A DNA stretch of 64,000 bases from Candidatus Spechtbacterales bacterium (GTDB lineage: Bacteria > Patescibacteriota > Minisyncoccia > Spechtbacterales > 2-12-FULL-38-22). Position numbers and translations under genes: made by a program. The DNA lies in the NCBI GenBank assembly GCA_040879145.1, contig JBBDKX010000036.1:434-64433 (forward strand), given 5' to 3'. Below, one piece after another: positions 57,186-64,000 of this stretch. The notes under the pieces are model-generated. The model was not told the DNA's origin. It worked only from the letters and a program-made list of their open reading frames with translations, and searched no databases. Within the stretch, counting starts at the first letter, position 1. Each line of letters begins with the position of its first letter.

Positions 57186-57295
57186 GTGTATATCCTCTCT
57201 TGTTGCCTCACCAATTATTTCTCCTTTTTTATTTACAATATTTAATTTTTCGCCATCTTTAGTCATACTCTTATTATACTAAAAAACCGCCCTCT
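57186..57295 (-). repeat. orphan duplicate of the Nudix gene 5' end (start codon + first ~26 codons, 85 bp identical to 56216-56300)
   Basis: gtgtatatcctctcttgttgcctcaccaattatttctccttttttatttacaatatttaatttttcgccatctttagtcata present twice. Confidence 0.8.
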
Positions 57296-57395
57296 TAGGC
57301 AGTCAGGCTTTTCAGATTTTGAATTAGTTCTATATCGCAAAAATTCTAAGATTTGCTTACACTCAACTCAACCAAGGCCGGAAACAGCAACCATT

Positions 57396-57652
57396 TTATT
57401 CCGTCGTAAGCCCGTCTCGCCTGAGGCTTGCCGAGGTGGACGGGAATGAGGGAGCTTTGTGCAAATACCCGAAGCTTATAAGAAAAGGGTCTTGCCTTTA
57501 GGCCTATCTTTTGCGTGTGGGCAAAAGTAGCTGTCGCTTTTCCGTTAAGTAAGCGAGGTTTACCCGCCGAAGCCTTGGCGTAGGCTGGGCTGTATTTGCC
57601 AAAGCGAGCGAATGGCAGCCTGCCTGCCGGCAGGCAGGCGTGGAATAAAATG
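57396..57652. ncRNA. structured element copy 2 (same core as 14088-14286), with a 14-bp terminal inverted repeat and an embedded CCTGCCTGCCGGCAGGCAGG palindrome
   Basis: Conserved blocks ttttattccgtcgtaagc, gggaatgagggagctttgtgcaaatacccgaagc, aggcctatc, gcgaatggcagc, gtggaataaaat. Confidence 0.4.
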
Positions 57653-57675
57653 GTTACTATTGGAGGCTAAATCAC

Positions 57676-58788
57676 CTACTCTACTCCTATGCTTCTAAAT
57701 GTTGAATGGCGGTAAATACTCTGCACTATTCCCAGCGCTAAAAACAAGGTTAAAAGGCTTGAACCTCCATAACTTACAAATGGTAGCGGAAGACCTGTTA
57801 TGGGAGCTATGCCAAAAGACATCGCGATATTTAGGAATAACTGAAAAATTATCATAACAGAAACTCCTATTATTGTTAGTCTTGCAAAGTTGTCACTCGC
57901 GTACTTGGATATCACAAAAAGACGCCAAAACAGAACTCCGTACAATAAAATAATTGCCAAAGACATAACTACGCCAAATTCCTCTATTATAGCCGCGAAT
58001 ATAAAGTCGGTGTGGGCTTCAGGTAAAAAGCCGAGCTGGCTTTGAGTTCCCTGGGCAAAACCCTTTCCCCACATACCGCCTGAACCCACAGACACTCTTG
58101 ACTGTATTGAATTATATCCGGTTCCATAAGGGTCGGCTGTAGGATTTAAAAAAGTATGTATTCTGTCTTTTTGATAGGGTTGTAGCATAAAGCTCCACGC
58201 CAAAGATGCAAGAATAATTCCGACCATTCCTAAAACTGCCAAATGCTTAACCTTAATTCCCGCCACAAGCATCATTCCAACCCAAATGACTGTTAATATC
58301 GCGAATGAGCCAAAATCGGGTTGTATTAAAACAAGCGCTGAGGGAATAAACACATACAATCCCGACACCACAATATGGTGCATTCTGTATATCTCAACAT
58401 GCCTCATAGAAAAATACTTAGCAAGAATAAATACAAGTATAAGCTTTAAAGGTTCAACCGGCTCTATATTTATAGGGCCCAACGGTATCCAGCTCTTAGC
58501 TCCCCTAACCTCCGGAGCAAATAAATAAACAATGAGCAAGCCAACTAACGCAAGGGCGTACAAAAACAACACAGGAGAAAAGTGAAGACGCAAAAGCCTG
58601 TAATCAATTGAAGAAAAGAAAAAAAATACGGCCACACCCAAACCAAGCCACACTAACTGTTTATAAAAATTCAAAAGATCGGGCTGGCTCAGGCTAAACA
58701 AAGAAACGAGTCCCACAACAACAAGTAAAATGGATGCTGTAAACAGCACCCAGTCATAACCCTGAAGTTTTTTGCCGAAATTGTTCAT
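57676..58788 (-). CDS. SEDS-family peptidoglycan glycosyltransferase (RodA/FtsW)
   Basis: 10 TM helices; LPLPFVSYGGSSLL conserved C-terminal motif. Confidence 0.85.
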   Translation of the reverse strand: MNNFGKKLQGYDWVLFTASILLVVVGLVSLFSLSQPDLLNFYKQLVWLGLGVAVFFFFSSIDYRLLRLHFSPVLFLYALALVGLLIVYLFAPEVRGAKSWIPLGPINIEPVEPLKLILVFILAKYFSMRHVEIYRMHHIVVSGLYVFIPSALVLIQPDFGSFAILTVIWVGMMLVAGIKVKHLAVLGMVGIILASLAWSFMLQPYQKDRIHTFLNPTADPYGTGYNSIQSRVSVGSGGMWGKGFAQGTQSQLGFLPEAHTDFIFAAIIEEFGVVMSLAIILLYGVLFWRLFVISKYASDNFARLTIIGVSVMIIFQLFLNIAMSFGIAPITGLPLPFVSYGGSSLLTLFLALGIVQSIYRHSTFRSIGVE

Positions 58789-58795
58789 AAAAAAG

Positions 58796-58913
58796 TTTTA
58801 GGTTTTAGGTATTAGGTACTAGGTTCTAGATATTAGTCTAATCCCTAAAAGTTAAAACCTGGTACCTGCGAGCCTGTCTGCGTGCGTTCACGCACAGGCA
58901 GGCGAAGCGAGCC
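58796..58913 (-). repeat. R2 repeat copy immediately upstream of the rodA/ftsW start
   Basis: Reverse complement gctcgcttcgcctgcctgtgcgtgaacgcacgcagacaggctcgcaggtaccaggttttaacttttagggattagactaatatctagaacctagtacctaatacctaaaacctaaaac. Confidence 0.65.
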
Positions 58914-58914
58914 T

Positions 58915-59793
58915 TTAGAAAATGCTCCAACCCTGGAATCGTTTAAACAGTTCGGGTAACTGAAAATAGTTGCGTGAATCAGCATCTCCTCTGGAACCCT
59001 CGGTTTCAATGGGTCTGTCTACTCCAAACTGTCTTACAAAGTTTTCATTCTTTAGTACATTAGAGTACGCGTATACATTATATTTTACAACATCATCCAA
59101 GGGTACAAATTGAGACCAAAACATTTCCACCTCTCTCATTTCACCCTCCAGTACTGTCTGTATGGATGTTCTGTTAACAGCAATTATATCTCCTCTACTA
59201 TCAAAAAGAATGCCAAAAACTCTTACATCCGTCAATCCAAATACAGAATTATTTTTAACAAACGCGGCAAGGCGCGCGTAAAAAACATTTGAATCCAACA
59301 ACCGCTCAAGTTTAAGGTCAAAGACATCCAAATTAAGGGAGATAAAATCGTCAAGCTGTCTCCACAGTACATCCCGAAAATCCAGGCTAACATCATCAAA
59401 AAAAGAATTCACCTCCATGTTTGTAAGCACAATATACTTTTCTTCTGCAGGTAGTATGTAGGAAGTTTCTTCTATAGCATGGACCTCTGACCCATTACTG
59501 GAAAATACAACTCTATATCGCAGTTCTTCTGCGCCGTGCTCAGGGTTTGGATTTCTAAGTTTAATAACAACATCGTAAACATTCCCCTGTTTTGGCAAAG
59601 CTTGTACGTCTAAAACCTCCAGACTATCTAAAGACGGGCCTTGGTCAGGTGTTTGATATGGTGTTTGGTATGGCTCTTCCGGCTCAGTATTATCCGCAAA
59701 AATACGGGCTAATAAAAAACCTCCCGCAGATATGGCAAGCCCCAGAACAGAAACAGTAATTACCAGTATTACTAATTGTTTTACAGATCTCAT
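58915..59793 (-). CDS. hypothetical membrane-anchored protein (292 aa)
   Basis: N-terminal TM helix; repeated PYQTP. Confidence 0.5.
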   Translation of the reverse strand: MRSVKQLVILVITVSVLGLAISAGGFLLARIFADNTEPEEPYQTPYQTPDQGPSLDSLEVLDVQALPKQGNVYDVVIKLRNPNPEHGAEELRYRVVFSSNGSEVHAIEETSYILPAEEKYIVLTNMEVNSFFDDVSLDFRDVLWRQLDDFISLNLDVFDLKLERLLDSNVFYARLAAFVKNNSVFGLTDVRVFGILFDSRGDIIAVNRTSIQTVLEGEMREVEMFWSQFVPLDDVVKYNVYAYSNVLKNENFVRQFGVDRPIETEGSRGDADSRNYFQLPELFKRFQGWSIF

Positions 59794-59883
59794 TATATAA
59801 AACCTTCTAATACATCCTTATACTATCATAAATTTAAATGTTGATTAATAGAAAAATCAACCAAAATAAAAAAACAGATATAA

Positions 59884-59989
59884 GGCGTCTACCTACTTTC
59901 CCAGCGCGAAGCTAGTATCATCGGCCTTAGAGGATTTCACTGCCGTGGTCGGAATGGGAACGGGTGGAGCACCTCCAGCATAAACGCCT
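59884..59989 (-). rRNA. rrf: 5S ribosomal RNA
   Basis: Reverse complement ...cccgttcccattccgaccacggcagtgaaatcctctaaggccgatgatactag...; terminal stem ggcgtc/gacgcc. Confidence 0.9.
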
Positions 59990-60043
59990 TATATCTGTTT
60001 TTTTGTTTTTATTAACACGAACAAAACCTAAAAAGTTATTCAA

Positions 60044-60060
60044 AAGAAACTTATAATTCC
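60044..60060. promoter_or_regulatory. 3' half of the 23S processing stem (cttataattccgcggtt), pairing with 63699-63715 (aaccgcggaattataag)
   Basis: 17-bp perfect complementarity flanking the 23S gene. Confidence 0.6.
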
Positions 60061-60415
60061 GCGGTTGAAACACTGACCGCTTTCCCTCTGTGTTTGTAAA
60101 AACACAGAGGTATGACTATTAGTACTACTCAGCTTAACCCCTCTCAGGGCTTACACTTATAGCCTATCAACCTGTTAGTCTAACAGGAGTCTAAGAGCTC
60201 TAATCTTGAGGCGGGCTTCGTGCTTATATGCTTTCAGCACTTATCCCTTCCGAACATAGCTACCCAGCGATGCTCCTGGCGGAACAACTGGTACACCAGA
60301 GGTTCGTTCACTCCGGTCCTCTCGTACTAGGAGCGAGTCCCCTCAAAGCTCAAGCGCCCACGGAAGATAGGGACCAACCTGTCTTGCGACGGTCTGAACC
60401 CAGCTCGCGTAGCGT

Positions 60416-60451
<36 letters not shown>

Positions 60452-60481
60452 CCAGCCCCAGGATACGCCGAGCCGACATCG

Positions 60482-60872
60482 CTGTCGATTTTTCTCTTGT
60501 TGCCAAGAGGATCGGACTATATCTTCATCCTATTGCGGACTTTAGGCGTTCTTAGCCATAGCCTCGCTTTTTATAATAGGAGTCGGCGTGTTGTCCTTCA
60601 AATTTTTTCGAAGAACCTCCCCTTTCGGGTCAGTCTCTACGGGGTCATAACCCAATTTGTATTCCATAGATGGAATAATATGTGGTTTAACGATCTGCTT
60701 AAGCAATGGAATACTCGATTAACCACAGGTCTTTGAAATTGAGTTAGACTTCCCACGGTATTGTCCATACGTATATTCTACCATTATTTGGTAGCGCTAG
60801 TGCATGGAGTTCACCGTTATAAGCCGAATTGTTTTTGTATGAGATTACTCTCATAGGCACCCCGATATGTTA
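60482..60872 (-). ncRNA. probable group I intron (~391 nt, no ORF) inserted at 23S position ~2500 (E. coli numbering) in the peptidyl-transferase region
   Basis: Interrupts GGCACCU | CGAUGUCGGCUC; 5' exon ends in U, insert ends in G; IGS GGGGUGCC pairs with the exon GGCACCU; UAGUC P7-like element. Confidence 0.6.
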
Positions 60873-61492
60873 AGGTGCCGAACCTCCCCGTCGATGTGGA
60901 CTCTCGGGGGAGACCAGCCTGTTATCCCCGGGGTAACTTTTATCTGGTGATCTTCCTCTTTTCTATAAAAGAAGGTCGGTTCACTAAGTTCTGCTTTCGC
61001 AACTCTCTACTCCAGTAAACTGGAGTAGAGTCTGTTACTTCCCTGAGATTAAAATCACAGGGTTTTACAGAGCGCGGCTTATTTGCCTTGCAGTAAAGCT
61101 GGCTTGTGCCTTTACACTATCGCTCCGATTTCCATCCGGAGCTAGCCAACCTTAATAAACGCCTCCGCTACCATTTAGGAGGCAAGCGCCCCACTTAAAC
61201 TACCTACCATCCACTGTCCCGAATGTGTTTAGCATCCGGTTAGTCACAGTATTTTGAAAGATGGGTATTTCACTGGCGACTCCACACTGGCCGAAACCAG
61301 CGCTTCAAAGTCTCCCCACTATGCTACGCAGCCAAAACACTGCAACAATAGAAAGCTGTAGTAAAGCTCCCGGGGTCTTTCCGTCTATCCGCGGGTAACC
61401 GGCATCTTCACCGGTACTGCATTTTCACCGGGCTTCTCGTCGAGACAGTTGTCCAGTCGTTACGCCTTTCGTGCGGGACAGAACTTACCTGC

Positions 61493-61541
<49 letters not shown>

Positions 61542-62341
61542 CGGCGCTTGTATCACCAGCTTTCCAGCGAACTGGAAAACCAACAATACTTAACGTTCCG
61601 GCATTGGTCAGGCGTCACCCCCTATACATCCCCTTACGGGTTCGCAGGGAGCTGTGTTTTTGATAAACAGTCGCTAGACAGACTTTAGCTGCGCCCTATA
61701 TTGCTATAGGGAAGGCATATCCCTAAGTTACGCCTAGTTTTTTTGCCGAGTTCCTTGACGAGAACTCACCCGTTCGCCTTGGTATACTCTACCTGCCCAC
61801 CTGTGTCGGTTTGCGGTACGGATTCATATCTATTAACCTTAGAAGCTTTTCTCGGAAGGTTGCTGGGAGGAATAATCTCCATTACAGAGACTTTTCCCGA
61901 CGCTTAGAATTGCCTTACGGCCACCTGGGCATTTCTCCCAGGCATTCCTTACGCAAGGAACACAAATCCAATAACATGCTCCCCTTACTAACCTCCGTCA
62001 CTCCGTCGAATAAATATGAAGAGATGGAATATTAACCATCTGTCCATCCCCGTGACCCTTTCGGGCCCCGGGTTAGGGCCGCCTAACCCTTGGCTGATTG
62101 ACATTGCCAAGGAAACCTTGGGCTTTCGGCGTGGGGGTCTCTCACCCCCATTGCGGTTACTCATGCCAACATTCTCTCTTCCTGCCGCTCCACCATGCCT
62201 TACAGCACAGCTTCAGCGCAACAGAAATGCTCTCCTACCACACACTACCCAAAGGTAGTGCATCCACGTCTTCGGTAGTAAACTTTAGCCCCGTTAAATT
62301 TTCAGCGCAGAAACTCTCGACTAGTAAGCTGTTACGCACTT

Positions 62342-62374
<33 letters not shown>

Positions 62375-62878
62375 AGCTGTTTGTGAATTTCTACATCTTT
62401 TCCCACTTAGTTTACATTTAGGGACCTTAGACTGTGATCTGGGCTGTTTCCCTTTTGAACATGGAGCTTAGCCCCCATATTCTAACTTCCTGCTATGACT
62501 TGATAGAATTCGGAGTTTATCTGATCTTACTCAGCAAATGCCTCGCAAGACCAATTAGTGCTCTACCTCTACCAAGATAAGGCAGGAGCTAGCCCTAAAG
62601 CTATTTCGGAGAGAACCAGCTATTACCAGGCTCGATTAGCTTTTCACTGCGACCCACGGCTCATCCCCTCCTATTGCATCAGAAGTGGGTTCGGGCCTCC
62701 CCCCGGTCTTACCCGGGGTTCACCCTGGCCATGGGTAGATCGCCTGGCTTCGGGTCTATTGCGTGCTACTTTAATTCGCCGTATTAAGACTCGGTTTCCC
62801 TATGGCTTCGTTCGTTAAAGAACTTAGCCTGCAACACACAATAACTCGTTGGCTCATTCTGCAAAAGGCACTGCGTCA

Positions 62879-63013
62879 CCCCTCACATGGAATGAATCCT
62901 GCTTACATTTCACTAAAAAGTGATGATGTTTTTAGCATTATTTTAATTTAAGAATATTTCCTGAACTACGATTTTACCCGCAGGCCAAGAAATATTCATT
63001 CCATGTGAGGGGC
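62879..63013 (-). other. ~135-nt AT-rich expansion hairpin in 23S domain I (replaces the short E. coli hairpin ACGCTTAGGCGTG)
   Basis: cccctcacatggaatgaat ... attcattccatgtgagggg closing stem. Confidence 0.5.
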
Positions 63014-64000
63014 TCCGCATCCTTGTAGGCATATGGTTTCAGGTTCTATTTCACCGCCCTCACCGGGCTACTTTTCACCTTTCCCTCACGGTACTTGTTC
63101 GCTATCGATCACCAAAGATATTTAGCCTTACCCGATAGGTCGGGTAGATTCACCCGAGATGGACGTGTCTCGGGCTACTCAGGATACACAACCGGTAATC
63201 AAAACTTTTAAAATACGGGGCTTTTACCCTCTTTGGCCGCCCTTTCCAGGGTCATTTTTCTAAGTTCTTCATACGTTATGTCGTGTCCTACAACCCCATT
63301 TTGTGCAAGCACAAAATGGTTTGGGCTCCTCCCTCTTCGCTCGCCGCTACTAAGGGAATACGTGACCTAATGGTCTTTTGTATCTTTTCCTCCGCTTACT
63401 GAAATGTTTTACTTCAGCGGGTACGGTCTCCGGCATAAAGCCGGAGTACTGTGGGTTTGCCACAGTGGGTTTCCCCATTCGGAAATCTCCGGATCAAAGG
63501 TTGCTACGCACCTCCCCGAAGCTTATCGCAGCTACGCCACGTCCTTCATCCCTCTTTGGTGTCAAGGCATCCACCATATGCCCTTATAAAATGTTACAAC
63601 ACTCAACGGAATAAGTGTTGTAACTACGGTCAATGTAGATCTAACTCTGAGTCGTAAAGGAAGGGTCTAAAGACCCCCTACAAACCAAAGTTAGATAACC
63701 GCGGAATTATAAGACTCTCTTGTTAGTCCTCTATCTATCAAATAAAATCAAACTTGAAAGATAAAGGACAATTGTATTCCATATAAATATAGAATACGGA
63801 TAACTTTTTATGTCTTGTCGTTGTCCTCTAACTTTTCCTGTAAAGTTTTGAGGACATATGAATCTCATAGAAAGACCTACAAGATTATTTGACAAAGTTC
63901 AACAAAAAAGCCGCTCGCAAGCGACTGTCTGAGTGCGCGCAAATTGTGGCGCATTAGCCGCTTGTCTTAAATTTCTTTATTGAGCTTTTTTGCATACTCA

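Noticed and set aside
63606-64000. 16S rRNA or spacer tRNAs upstream of 23S
   Set aside because: No anti-SD 3' end (aaggaggtgatcc) and no tRNA-like cloverleaf were seen in the remaining 400 bp.

Overview
This is a roughly 38-40% GC, gene-dense fragment with features typical of a Candidate Phyla Radiation (CPR)-like bacterium: long N-terminal extensions, weak Shine-Dalgarno sites, a split transketolase and an insertion-bearing 23S rRNA. All calls were made by eye from the sequence, with no searches run, and coordinates of non-coding elements are approximate to a few bases.

Core content, all on the minus strand unless stated:
- Ribosome and translation: rpsB (partial, at the window start), rpmE (+), prfA (+), rplY, the rpsF-ssb-rpsR operon (+), the rpoB-rpoC operon, and a 5S-23S rRNA pair whose 23S carries a likely ~390-nt group I intron (16S is not in the window).
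- Central carbon metabolism: a pentose-phosphate and glycolysis gene set (fba, a PfkB-family kinase, split tktN/tktC, rpe, rpiB, gap, pgm, and a bifunctional pgi/pmi on +).
- DNA repair and cell envelope: recA, uvrA, uvrC (+), a rodZ-like gene, ftsK, rodA/ftsW, secG (+), an RNase J (+), tRNA-Leu(CAG) (+) and cca.

Accessory content:
- One intact IS3-family element (orfA/orfB joined by a T-TTT-TTA -1 slippery site, with perfect ~49-bp terminal inverted repeats).
- Two type II toxin-antitoxin pairs (RelE with a ribbon-helix-helix antitoxin; Doc with an AbrB-type antitoxin).
- A small GIY-YIG gene inserted at the uvrA 3' end.
- Two GC-rich islands of short genes with strong Shine-Dalgarno sites: ~11.9-13.3 kb (with a tRNA-like element whose anticodon loop reads UCA, an ATG-TAG start-stop site, and a small C2H2-finger ORF) and ~27.2-29.3 kb (with palindromic operator-like sites).

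The most striking unexplained signal is a set of mosaic, modular intergenic repeat families sitting immediately 5' of the start codons of core genes (prfA, ssb, rpoC, rpoB, ftsK, pgm, pgi, secG, rodA). They combine three modules:
- a 'gctcgcttcgc' head,
- arrays of 10-bp-phased GCNGAT / ATCNGC repeats, or long AT-rich 'aggtattaggttttag' hairpins,
- a nearly identical double-hairpin leader before secG and pgi.
GC-rich CCTGCCTGCC/GGCAGGCAGG palindromic mini-elements occur in the same intergenic regions.

A second recurring pattern is small cargo (a GC hairpin, the GIY-YIG gene, the Doc cassette, a GC palindrome) inserted at gene termini with a duplicated copy of the gene end (rpiB 5', uvrA 3', tRNA-Leu 3', the Nudix gene 5'), plus a pgm 3' remnant.
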